DNA from: Eledone cirrhosa
Lineage: Eukaryota
Direction: 5' to 3'
Assembly: GCA_964016885.1 (NCBI GenBank)
Contig: OZ024741.1
Span: 67,332,001-67,396,000 of the forward strand
Length of the DNA: 64,000 nucleotides
The notes under the pieces were generated by a model. The model was not told the origin of the DNA. It saw only the letters and a list, made by a program, of their open reading frames with translations, and made no database searches. This document shows, piece after piece, positions 51,981 through 64,000 of the stretch (positions within the stretch are counted from its first letter, which is position 1; each line of letters opens with the position of its first letter). The position numbers and the translations under genes were made by a program.

Positions 51981-52310
51981 TTGATTGGCAATATTGGTAC
52001 GGCTGGGGAATTCAAAAAAAGATGGTACGTTCACAGACACTCTATGAAGAACCGTAAACGAGAGAACTCAACAACGCTGGCCAATAAAATCTGGCAGCTT
52101 AAGAACACAAACCAGGAATATAGGATTAGCTGGTCGCAATTATCGGGAGCAAGGGCCTACAGCAATGGAATGTCCCACTGCGGACTTTGCAATAATGAGC
52201 TATTTCATATTTTAAAGTACGATAACATGTTGCTTAACAGCAAAATAGAAAGATCAATTTTCTGTAGTCACAAAGCAGCTACCAAGTTCACAAATTTCAA
52301 ACTAACATGA
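51981..52310 (+). pseudogene. Penelope-like GIY-YIG endonuclease C-terminal fragment
   Basis: IGTAGEFKKRWYVHRHS...STTLANKIW.LK...Y.ISW...CGLCNNE...LLNSKIE...CSH; no upstream RT. Confidence 0.78.
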
Positions 52311-52925
52311 TTCGACTCAACAATCTCAAAATTCGAGCTGAACCACCCGGATTTTAATGTAGGGAATACATACCACTACACTGTTATTAGCTGTCAACTG
52401 ACCGACTGGGCACTAGATCAACATCATAAATCTCCTAACCTTTCTTTCACCCTCTCTCCCTAAAGCCACATCAACACCATTAAGATAAGACAATCAGCAC
52501 GCTAAACATTTACCACACACACATATCAAAACCCCCCTTCCCCGTCCTTAGCCCTATCCCTTATGTCTCATCCTCGTATCTCTCACTTAATTTTTAATTT
52601 ATTGTTTTTTATCTTTTATCTGTCATTTGTTACTACCTCTTATTCCCTACTTCTAACACTTTGACCACCACGTATGTATGTATATATCTAATGTCGTTTT
52701 CCACATCTTTATACATACACTTACTCACCCAAAGCATAACAATATCGGTTTCAACACACGTTTTCAGATAAAGAATCTTGCTAAACAAATTCAGAAACGA
52801 AATATATATATATATATATACACTTATGAATGCATGTGTGTATGTGTGTATATGTGAAATGTCAACGAGTATAAACAATACAAGAGAACAATACAGTGCA
52901 ATGTTGATGTATAGTAGGAAAAGAG

Positions 52926-52958
52926 TTTAACGTTTCGGTTGTTAGTCCTTCATCAGAA
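52926..52958 (-). ncRNA. Minimal type I hammerhead motif (Penelope pLTR type)
   Basis: tt-CTGATGA-aGG(actaacaa)CC-GAAA-CG-TT-aa; short stem I. Confidence 0.62.
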
Positions 52959-53366
52959 GGTAGAATGAGAAAAAATAGAAAGATAGACGAGAATAAGAAG
53001 AGGAAACAACGCAAATATTATGTTTTTATAGAGGGGGAGGGGCTGCATATACGTGTTTAGTCAGCCATTTTAGTGAAATGCGGCTCAAAGTGTTTCTTGG
53101 ATATAAGAGAATATTTTAAAAAGTCGATAATTATTGTATATTTTGTGTTAATGTGTATGTATATATGTGTGAGTGTGGTTGTTTGTCTATGCAAAGCTAT
53201 CAGTGTAGGATGATCTGATGTTCAACAGACAGTGACACTACTGGTGGGGCTTTTGGAAGGTTAAAGTGTGCATGTGGAGGCGCACTCGATTTCACCAACC
53301 GAAAGAGTGACAAAGGTTGATAGGTTAGGTAGATGTGTTGACGTAAATGTGTGTGTGTATTTATTA

Positions 53367-53414
<48 letters not shown>

Positions 53415-53419
<5 letters not shown>

Positions 53420-53635
53420 AACCAGTAAGACCCCGACAGCTGAGCTCAAGCCGTTTCGACGGCTAATTCTGGACTAAAAAAATTATTTTTTTTTTAGTCC
53501 AGAATTAGCCGTCGAAACGGCTTGAGCTCAGCTGTCGGGGTCTTACTGGTTCCTATTACCCACTCTACTACCTCAAGTATTGAGTACTTTGGTGCGTTAT
53601 GGTCCACCTGGTTCCTTACCACATTTCCTTCGTTA
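53415..53635 (+). mobile_element. Fold-back element family C in (TA)n
   Basis: Arms 53415-53474 and 53497-53556 around an A/T spacer. The tail matches 45101-45180 in reverse. Confidence 0.85.
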
Positions 53636-53841
53636 TATATATATATATATATATATATTTATAGATTTTGAGTATATGTTGGTTGTATACCAACACCTCA
53701 GTATACAGGCTGGAACACTCGACGAAGTGCGCAGGTTGGTTTGGTTACTCCGGAGTAATGTAAAATAAAGTTAAATAAAAAGTCGAAGCTAAATTTTAAA
53801 CATTTGACTTTTTATTTAACTTTATTTTATTTAACTTTATT

Positions 53842-53873
<32 letters not shown>

Positions 53874-54614
53874 GCGCATAGTTAACTTTGTATGTATCTT
53901 GAATGTACACATACAAGCAGAGACACAGGCTGTGGTGAGCATTGTGTGCTAGAAGGAAACAAAGAAAGGTGGTAGCATAGTACGTCACCACTCGAAAGTA
54001 TGAAGTCACTTGAACATAATACTATACACAGGTGATACAAACAAACATGCATACATTGTTAAGCAACGCCATCAAGTGTGTGTGTAGCTTGTGCATGATT
54101 CATAAGTACGTGCATATGGTTATGCATATACGCTCGCTCATACGCTGGCAGATAAGCACACATGCATTTAAAAGTGAGGGTTGAGCAAATGTAGATGGAG
54201 TAGTATAGGTGGTGTTTGGAATTGCCATGGAAGGATATATGTATTTATTATATAACATTGTCTGTATGTGTATGCATGGAAGGCTACATATTGCATGTTA
54301 TGGGACTGATGGGTCCAGTAGGGAGGATATGTATGTATGTAAAGAGGATTGTGAGACTTGTGTGTGCACAGAGGTATATATATGTATGTAAAGGTTGTAT
54401 ATGTATATAAAGAAAAAATTGAAAAGAGTTATAAGAAAAGGAAACATTTCTAAGCCACTGTTGTTTATGATGACACAGCCAAGCAAATCTGCTAGTCATG
54501 CTAACGATATTCATATACAGTGCATGTGATATGTTCAACTAAAATCACATATACATATATATATACTCAGACTCAGACTCAGAAGCTCCTGCGTCTTGCG
54601 ACGCATGAGGCAAT

Positions 54615-54740
54615 CATAGTGTTCCACCGCGATCGGTGGAACACTATGTATATATATATATATACACACACATATATATGTGTGTGTGTGTATATATATA
54701 TATATACATAGTGTTCCACCGCGATCGGTGGAACACTATG
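54615..54740. repeat. Two direct copies of a 34-bp hairpin separated by a palindromic TA/CA/TG spacer
   Basis: CATAGTGTTCCACCGCGATCGGTGGAACACTATG at 54615 and 54707. Confidence 0.92.
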
Positions 54741-54772
<32 letters not shown>

Positions 54773-54848
54773 TATATATATATACATATATATATACTGT
54801 ATATATATATACATAGGGAGTGTGTAGAACTGAACAGAGTGTAAATAT

Positions 54849-55020
54849 AATAATTGTTTTTACTTTTGGGACAAGGGCAGCAGTTACCCAGTACATAACT
54901 GGTACTCTATTTTATCGACCCCGTAAGGATGAAAGGCAAAGTTAACCTCGACGGGATTTGAACTCAGACCGTAAAGGAACGTAACTATGCTAGAAAGCGT
55001 GGCGTCCAACCCTCTACCAA
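54849..55020 (-). mobile_element. tRNA-derived SINE
   Basis: Same family as 38039-38232. Confidence 0.87.
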
Positions 55021-55050
55021 TTAAAATATAATAATAAAAAGGATGATTTG

Positions 55051-55099
<49 letters not shown>

Positions 55100-55627
55100 A
55101 GTTGTGCGTAAATGTTTTGTGTTTTATTGTTCGTTAATGTGAAGATAGAGATGTAGATAGGAGTTTTTGAGTGTGAGAGTTATTCTTAGGATAAAAATTA
55201 AAATTATTAAAAAGACTGTCAAAGATTAAAGGATGGAAGTATAACTAAGCAGGTACACGGCTAGCCTATGGGAGCCTTGTTGCTGAGTTAGTAAGGTTTA
55301 GCAGATAGTTAGCGGTTAGCGGTTGGCTATTTCTGATGAAAAGTCCTCATCAGACTCTATCTAACTTCTTATCGTGTCCACAAGAGTGTCGGCAACAATT
55401 CTTGGCTAGATGTCGTTCCGCTACAACTGAACACATTGCTGTCCTTTCTCATTAAACTCTGCCAAGTCCAATGCTGTGCAGGGGTGTTCCAGCAGTAGGC
55501 ATATCAGGAGGTGCTGTGTAGTCCCTGGTTCGATGCCGCAGTCACACACACGTCTCCATCCTTTAAATATCTCCATTTTGCCAGATTGGTCTTTGCACGA
55601 CCAACCCCAGATCTATCTAACTATCAG

Positions 55628-55728
<101 letters not shown>

Positions 55729-56760
55729 TGGAATGGATCCCCTCGTTTTCAATGACGAGTGTTCGGTTCTACGATCAACGGAACAGCCTACTTGTGATAT
55801 CTACGTGTAAGTGGCTCAGCATTCCACAAAACACATGTACACTTAACCTAAATATCAGGAAGATTCAGTGACGGAGAGTGTAACGAGGCCGGCCGATTGT
55901 ATTATTGGTAGATTCTATCAACTGAGCTTCCAAAAAAATATATATCAATGCAACATTTTGACTGTGATTACAAATGTTTAAGTGGAAAAAATATTCAAAA
56001 TAAATAAGCAAGTGTTTCTAAGCTACTGTAGGTTATGGTGACACCGAAAAAAATGTTAGTCGTGTTCATATCATTTATATACTGTGAAAGTGAAATGTTT
56101 AACAACTGAATACATAAACCAAAATGACAGCTGAATTATAAAAAAAAGGAGAAATCTGAAACCTATTATTTAGATCAAAGAAGTGTGTTTATAAATGTTC
56201 AGTAATTTCCTGAAAGCAATGTTTGGTTTAACAGCAGAACAGCATTAGAAAAACCCCTATGCCATTATATAATATGATGAAGAACTACTAGAAAACAGGA
56301 ACATGTTTATATCTTTTCATGTGTAAGATAATACATTTAAGTGTATTGTGGCGAGAGAGAAATATTACAAATACATGTATTGTGATGTCGCATACAAGCA
56401 TCAAGTTACAAGATTTTTAGTTTCCACAGAACAATCCTGAAATTTTGCTGGACAATAACGATATGTTTGCTTTAGTTATTCTTTTTGACGTTTAACGCCA
56501 TGTGAGTCATATTGTACCACGAAAGTAAATCTACATAGCCTTAATGTTTCGCAAATTTTGCATATGAAATATATTTCCTACGTACACGACGGATGAATCC
56601 AAATAAAATATTAGATTTAGTGTATCCATTGACCTAGTAACTTATAAATACCAAATGTGAATAGATTCCAAAAGACAACAGGCTCAGATCGAGTCGACGT
56701 ATAACCAAAGGCGTTCCAACTATGACTATCTCTTCTTTCTTTTGAAGGCAGTATATCTCA

Positions 56761-56813
56761 CGACCGGTATTGACGACAATAGCGTTCAACGCTATTGTCG
56801 TCAATACCGGTCG
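56761..56813. repeat. Perfect palindrome, 26-bp arms, 1-nt centre
   Basis: CGACCGGTATTGACGACAATAGCGTT-C-AACGCTATTGTCGTCAATACCGGTCG. Confidence 0.95.
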
Positions 56814-57633
56814 CATCAATTTTGGGAGTCTAGGATTGTTACGCCATATATACCAGGATACCAGGATTACTGGCTTTATGAATAATCATGAAAACTGGGA
56901 AATTTACCTGTTATTAAATTCTTGATTTACATAAGAGAAACTCTATAGTCAATATTGATTATTGACACGTGGAATTGTTTAATGATACACACGACAATTT
57001 GATAATTTATTTCTAGGATATAAGAAAATAAATAATCTGCATATATTTAAGGATGACATGCCAGTATGAATAACTTTGGACAGATGTCAGCCAGTGTGAT
57101 ATGGCTTCGAACAGGCTAGCGTGCCAGATCGACCAGCACCGGCTCGTATATCGCTCGGCCACAGCGGTGACTAGCTCGATGCCTTACCCTTTTTTTCAAC
57201 TGGCACGTAGCTGGATAACGAGCCTGCGAATCGGGGTTTGCCATGAGGTTCGGCCTCCGGATCTGCGAGCCACACAATTTTCCCCGAGGGCTGGAATGGC
57301 TCTTCCCACGTGTGTCTCTCATCATCTACCGGGGAAACGTCTCCTCTATTCTGTCCACTAGGGCCGCCGGGGGTGCCGGGCGGACAACGCGTGGGATCCC
57401 ATTTACTTATAAGGGTGAGAGATGGGGAGAGTGAGCGAGACAGATGCATGGACTATGCCAGCATTGCTGGAGTATTTTGTAGAGTTAAAGATTAAGTGAT
57501 AAATAGGTAGATAGACATATAGACATACATACGTACATACACACATACACACATTCATACATACATACATACATACATACATACATACATACATACATAC
57601 ATACACACATTCATACATACATACATACATACA

Positions 57634-57665
<32 letters not shown>

Positions 57666-57666
<1 letters not shown>

Positions 57667-58080
57667 GGTGGCTGCCAACTCGTTTTCGAGTACGGCCACT
57701 ACTTTATATCCATGTAGGAGAACCCCTACCGATGCACTGAACGAGTGTGACTTTTTAGTCCAGCCAGCGACTTGAAAACTCTGGTACAAACACTACACTT
57801 GTGACAATTATTGACACATAGTGCTGGACCCATGGTACAATGTGACGACAAGTGCAGAGAGATCTCCAGATATAAAGCAATGCCTGTGCCGTGAAGCTTT
57901 TATAGTGAGCAAAGCCACTGCACAAAGCCAGTCCCACTCTCTTAACCAAGATGATATTTACCAAAAAGAAGAACAAGTCAACATCATTGGATACCATCAG
58001 GGTTGCAGGTGTTATATCAGAGTTTTCCTCTCCTAGAATTCTGCCTTGACAAAGGCTAAGCGGTCATCTCTCCCGGACAT
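57666..58080 (-). mobile_element. Non-coding ~400-bp retroposon flanked by (CATA)n, possibly RTE-related
   Basis: Near-identical inverted copy at 59913-60264 and a diverged relative at ~62080-62391. All end in GGCAGCCA.CAT followed by (GTAT)n-type repeats. Confidence 0.75.
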
Positions 58081-59341
58081 ACATATATACATACATACAT
58101 ACATACATACATACACACATTCATACATACATACATAAATACATACATACATACATACATACATACATACATACATACACACATTCATACATACATACAT
58201 ACATACATACATACATACATACATACATACATACATACACGCTATTCACATAAATACATACATACATACATACATACATACACGCTATTTACAGAGACAA
58301 ATGTATGGTTAGAACTTTTTATTGTAGCAACATGACAAAGGTAAGAAATGCAGCGCTGACACTCGATTTCAGAATCAAATGTTTGACTATTTAGATATAG
58401 AAAGGGAACCTTTCCGTGAATGACTAAATAGGAAGTTATCTCTTAAGAAACATTATGCTTGATATTACAGCATGAAGACTATAACAAAAGAAATGACAGC
58501 AGATGTCAGCCAGATGTAGAAAGAAAGTAAAAACAATTCACTACCAATAAATCTAAGTTTAAAATACTCACTGGAAAATATGTTTACATACATAAATACA
58601 CTTGAAATTCCTATAGTTAAACTGATCTGATAGAGGAGATTCATATTTGAAGAAAACGAAGAAAACAATAATTTAAAAGATGGAGATGGTTTTCAACAAC
58701 ATCAGAGAAAACCAAACTGGTGCCAACTTGTACACGAAGAAAATTATTACTCAAGAGAATGTAGGACCACATCACATCAATTTCTTGAGGAACAGTGAAA
58801 ATGCAAATAGTTTTAGATAAACATACAAGATATCGAATGACATGTGATCAATATCATTTTTGGTCTACATTATTTTTGTGATGCTTTAAAGTCAGACATC
58901 TTAACAGAAGACACAAAATACAATGGGAAAAGATAACTAGGAAGACAATATACGTATTATTCTCAAAAGAAATTCATAACACTATAAATATAAACATTAT
59001 GACATTTGTCATAATTAATAGCACACTGGGGACGTTTTTAAACACGGAAAATGCTTTCCCGATCTTATATAAACAAATAATGAATAAGCCATACATATTC
59101 ATTTATGCAACAAATACGCATATATGTATGTATGATCGTAAGTATGTATCCTTGTATGTATGTATATATGCGTGAATATTTGTATTTATTTACATGTGTG
59201 TATGTAAATGTATGGATAGATGGATGGATTCATATATACATATATATGTATGTATGTATGTTATCTCTTTCTCTTAATTTCGAGTATATTTTTTTGACCG
59301 GCCACCCTCCTGGTGGCAAGGTTGTAAAAGAAAAGAAATTG

Positions 59342-59839
59342 TCATCCCTTGAATAGCAAGAATGTTTTGCTAATTTTGAAGGTGCCAGCTATCGCAGCCA
59401 TTTGTAGACTATGAATTAGGGAGCTGCGCTCTTTGTCCGCAAATCCCATTTCAGTCATACGTTGGTCCAAACGGGTTGGTATATAACCCGTAGCACCAAT
59501 AATGATGGGTATGAAGCTAAATGTGTATCTTGGATACTGGATTTGCAAACTCCTCATCAATGGTCCGTAGATGTCCTCCTTCTCCTGTATTTTTCTGACA
59601 ACGTTTACAAGTTGGCAGCTGATCTCCACAACAGAACACGTTTTCAATGTGTGGTCCCAAACAATAATATCAGGCCGGTTGTGCTTTAATTTGGTGGCAG
59701 TTTTTATTTTCAGGTTCCACCAGTATGCCTTAGTGCCAACTGTCTCAATATATTCTTCCTCGTTTGTTGTTAAATTTGTTTTCCGAAGTGCGTTCCAGAT
59801 GGTTCTAGCTATCCCATCGTGTCTCATGGGGAGGTAGTA
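59342..59839 (-). pseudogene. RLE endonuclease fragment of a second R4-like retrotransposon family
   Basis: YYLPMRHD...WWNLKI...HNRPDIIVWD...VVEISC...EKEDIY...PIIIGATG; its 5' side abuts (ATGT)n. Confidence 0.85.
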
Positions 59840-59912
59840 TGTATGTATGTATGTATGTATGTATGTATGTATGTATGTATGTATGTATGTATGTATGTAT
59901 GTATGTATGTAT

Positions 59913-60264
59913 GAAGGAAAACTCTGATATAACACCTGCAACCCTGATGGTATCCAATGATGTTGACTTGTTCTTCTTTTTGGTAAATATCATCTTGGTT
60001 AAGAGAGTGGGACTGGCTTTGTGCAGTGCCTTTGCTCTCTATAAAAGCTTCACGGCACAGGCATTGCTTTGTATCTGGAGATCTCTCTGCACTTGTCGTC
60101 ACATGGTACCTGTGTCAATAATTGTCACAAGTGTAGTGTTTGTACCAGAGTTTTCAAGTCACTGGCTGGACTAAAAAGTCACACTCGTTCAGCACATCGG
60201 TAGGGGTTCTCCTACATGGATATAAAGTAGTGGCCGTACTCGAAAACGAGTTGGCAGCCACCAT
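59913..60264 (+). mobile_element. Second copy of the (ATGT)n-flanked retroposon
   Basis: Reverse complement of 57666-58030. Confidence 0.78.
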
Positions 60265-60389
60265 GTATATATGTATGTATGTATGTATGTATATATGTAT
60301 GTATGTATGTATGTATGTGTTTTCTTTAAGATTTATATTATTTCTTCTTTGCAGAAGAAACTATTCTATAGAAGAAGCTATTCTATACA

Positions 60390-60998
60390 ATACCTAGACA
60401 ATAAGGAAAATTAGAATGCCTCCAAACAACCACGTTGCGATAGATAATCTTGATCGTGTCATAGTATTGTGGAAGATATCATCGACATCATTAGCAGCTT
60501 ATGGCCAAAGTGTCTAGAAGTTACTACTATACTATGAGACACGACGTAGGAGCAAACATTATTTACACTGATATCTGCAGAAATGATCCTTTGATGGCCA
60601 CACTAGAGACACAGAAGAACCTGAAATTGTCCACAGATATAAAGGTATGAAATACTGTTAAAACGTTCTAATAAATACAGCTCTCAGGTGTAAATCTAAC
60701 AAACCTGATATAGGTCTATGTGACAGAACAATAGAAATACCTACAAAAGTAATGTATATATATCAACAGGGCCTATGAGAGAAACATACATACATACATA
60801 AAATATAGATACTTGTATATGCATATATAAAGAAGAACCTGAAATTGTCCACAGATTTAAAGGTATAAAATACTGTTGAAAGGTTCTAATAAACACAGCT
60901 CTCAGGTGTAAATCTAACAAGTCTCATATAGGTCTATGAGACAGAGAACACTAGAAATGCCTACAGAAGTAATGTACATATAACCACGGCCTATGAGA
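60390..60998 (+). pseudogene. Decayed RLE fragment with an internal ~170-bp duplication
   Basis: VEDIIDIISS..YYYTMRHDV and NKPDI motifs. 60613-60780 repeats at ~60832-60998. Confidence 0.6.
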
Positions 60999-62079
60999 GG
61001 GTGTCCAGTCGGTACTTTGTTCCGGGACCCAAGAGCTAAGAAGGCTCCACAGCAACCATGCAACATCTATTTTGAGAAAGATCTTTGCCTACTTCAGTCT
61101 TGTATCGCCTTGCAAAATTTCTCTTGGAGGTCCTGCATATCACCTTAAAGTGTAAAAGATGGAAATATATCGTGAACTAATGTGTGACTTAAAGCATTTT
61201 TATACTAACTGTAGATTCTGTTTTGTACCTATTATCATATTCCCACTTGATTGTGTAACAACTGATTTACAAAATAGCCGAAAAATGCTGGGATTTGCCC
61301 AGATGGAATAAATCAAACCGACTCGCATCCTATAAAATTAAAGTAACATTAACGGAACAGAGAATATTTACAAGATATTTAAAAATTCTGCATTTGAATT
61401 TCCTGGAAGGAACATATATGGCGTACACACATATATCTAAAGACGAGAAAAGCACACACACACACGCACACATACACACACACACACACACACGCACACA
61501 CACACACACACATATACACATGCACACACACCCACGCACACACACAGACACACATGCACATACACATACGTACACATATACACAAAAAGAGACACGCACC
61601 CACTCACACACGTGCACAATCACACACAAAGAAACACACATGCACGGCCAAACAGGCACACACATACAGAGGCGTGTAAACACATATAGAAACACGAACA
61701 CATATCTACCGATGAAAAACATCCTCAAATAATATATATGCAACTACAAACGCCTGTATATATATGTGTGTATGTATGTATGTATGTATGTATGTATGTA
61801 TGTATGTATGTATGTATGTATGTATGTATGTATGTATGTATGTATGTATGTATGTATTTATGTCGGGTCCCTCTAGCGTGCTACTAGTAACATGTAATCC
61901 AGTACAACCTGTCGCATGGTCGGGTCGTCGGCGACTAAACCGGCCAACTTTACTTGGTGATGAAGGGTGATTTTCGACACCCTGCAGGACAAAAAACAAA
62001 ACCTGACAAAGGACGGAAGAATTCACAAGAATCAACGGCCATCCGAATTGTGTAAATATGTATATACACATATACCGCG

Positions 62080-62391
62080 TGGTTAAACCACTGGGAGTGA
62101 AGGACCCCTAGCCTTTGTCATGGCATTCTTCTAGGAGAAGGCAACTCAGTAAACTGGGATAACTCCGTTATAAAACCTGCGGCTCAGTAGTTACCGATGA
62201 TGTTGATCTTTTCTTCTTTTCGGATTATAGCTACTGTCGCTCAGAGAGTGGGATTGGCTCAGTGCACAGTCTTTCCTCATTTAAAAAAAAATTTTCATGC
62301 ACAAGAATTGCACGATAGAATTAATTAATAATTATTAATAATAGTATATCATGCAATGGTCATACTCGATAACGAGGAGGCAGCCATCATG
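62080..62391 (+). mobile_element. Diverged relative of the (ATGT)n-flanked retroposon
   Basis: TAGCCTTTGTCA.GGCA..CTAGGAGA, GATGTTGA..TTCTTCTTT, AGAGTGGGA.TGGCT and GGCAGCCA are shared. Confidence 0.65.
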
Positions 62392-62517
62392 TATGTATGT
62401 ATAAAGGTATGTATGAAGGTATACATGTACGATTGTATGTATGTATGTTTGCATATATATATATATATATATATATATCAGATGTGAGAAAAACCACAGA
62501 CCCTCCATCTCAACTCA

Positions 62518-62555
62518 CCTTTTGAAAAGCAGAAGAACTGCGAAACCGGTAAAGG
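62518..62555 (+). ncRNA. Type I hammerhead, U3:A8 core, all three stems intact
   Basis: cctt-TTGAAAA-GCAG(aagaa)CTGC-GAAA-CCGG-TA-aagg. Confidence 0.8.
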
Positions 62556-62686
62556 AACCAAATAAATATATATATTTAAAAAAAAAATAAGACTTCAGTT
62601 GCATTTTCGATTTCATCCCTTTTTCTTTATACTTCCACTCGTGTAGGACACCTCGGTTATTTTTCATTTTGTAAAAAAAACCTCAC

Positions 62687-62723
<37 letters not shown>

Positions 62724-62962
62724 TAAAAGGAATTCCAACTTTGTCTGATTTACTCGTTTTATTTACAATCCTTTAAAATTTATAATGGTATTAGAATGAA
62801 ATAGTATGGTAGAATATTAAATGTTAAGTGATAATTGAACAAGTACTTTCATGCTTTCGCAATATTCAGGTTCATATTGTGTGGTGACAGTCAAGTTTGC
62901 AATTTTCAATATATATATATATATAGAAGGATTTAAATGGATACAGTTCAGTAAAAGGAATT

Positions 62963-63080
62963 TATTGACACGTGTTTCAATAACAGTTATATAACCTGAA
63001 AACGGTTGCTATCTACAAAGTATTAATTATGCAGACACTCAATATTTCAATGTTATTTTCAACTATCATTTCATCAGAAT
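62963..63080 (-). ncRNA. Two adjacent eroded hammerhead-like motifs
   Basis: 63080-63037: CTGATGA-AATGaTA..TAaCATT-GAAA-TA-TT. 63022-62963: TTGTAGA-imperfect stem-GAAA-CACGTG-TC. Confidence 0.45.
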
Positions 63081-63641
63081 AATCTTATTGAGAACTTGTT
63101 TGGATTTTATAGAGAATATTAAGAGGGAGGAGTGAAGTTAGAAGTATAGTTAAGGAAGTGGATAGACATGTTTGATAGCAGTGGGTAATTAGATTCCCAT
63201 CTGTTGTTTTGACATTTTTATAGAATACATTATTTGGCGTTGGTTATTTTTCTAAATCTATAGAAGGATTAGAGATAGTAAAGATATGCATGGTTGGTTT
63301 TGTGTTTGCACTTAATTAACATCCAGACTTAAATTTTTCTTTCAAGTGTGTGTATCCATTCGCCCACACATAGATATATGTGTATACATACTTATTTTTT
63401 TTTTAAAACATACACATTCACACACATACATATATGCACACCTCTACAAATACATACACTCATATACACATACTTACAGGCTCATACTGACATACATATA
63501 TACATGTACATATATATATATATATATATATACATATATATATGTACCCACATACGCATTCATGTATATACACTTTCATACTCTACTTATCTTCATATAC
63601 ACACATATAGACACACACATATATACATACATACTCCTGTC

Positions 63642-63713
<72 letters not shown>

Positions 63714-63755
63714 CACATATACATGAATACACATACATTTAATTATACACATCAA

Positions 63756-63791
<36 letters not shown>

Positions 63792-64000
63792 TCGCCCACT
63801 TATTTACTTATTTATATACATTTTCACCTATATACATACATATGGTCGCTTTTAGACACATTCATTATAGCATATTCGCACCTATTCTTACCAGCATATT
63901 TATCCATTACTAGCAGTAAAGCCCGGCGTTGCTCGGGGTCGCTCAGTAGCTGTGTTAAAGTTACAATGTTAAGTTTCTTTCTTGGCTTAAAAACTGTAGT

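Noticed and set aside
52740-52772. Minus-strand CTGAAAA...GAAACCGATA hammerhead-like motif
   Set aside because: Unpaired C3/A8 and no convincing stems.
55321-55360. CTGATGA on both strands as a hammerhead
   Set aside because: It forms a simple hairpin; on - stem II does not pair and there is no UH cleavage site.
55476-55545. tRNA gene (GGTTCGATGCC)
   Set aside because: No convincing cloverleaf; more likely a SINE head remnant.
57060-57495. GC-rich island with several short ORFs
   Set aside because: No recognisable motif; probably an unclassified repeat fragment.

Overview
Repeat-dominated eukaryotic DNA with no intact host gene. The SINE family and microsatellite density suggest an octopod or other cephalopod (inference). 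Three zones. (1) 1-21.4 kb: a 33-bp G/T-rich minisatellite (about 650 units) with higher-order duplications, open in a Gly/Val/Cys/Tyr frame on + and a Thr-rich frame on -. (2) 21.4-36.2 kb: non-LTR retrotransposons separated mostly by (AAT)n tracts. R4/Dong-like RLE elements lie on + and Tx1/L1-like APE elements on -. A tRNA-derived SINE cluster follows to 39 kb. (3) 39-64 kb: (TA)n/(CA)n/(GA)n/(ATGT)n-rich DNA with Penelope-like RT and GIY-YIG fragments, fold-back palindromes and about ten type I hammerhead ribozyme (HHR) motifs. The strongest signal is a set of ~320-bp terminally redundant HHR elements (retrozyme-like). Several of the HHR motifs carry a compensatory U3:A8 core instead of canonical C3:G8. 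All calls were made by eye, coordinates are approximate at element edges, and novelty is unverified.
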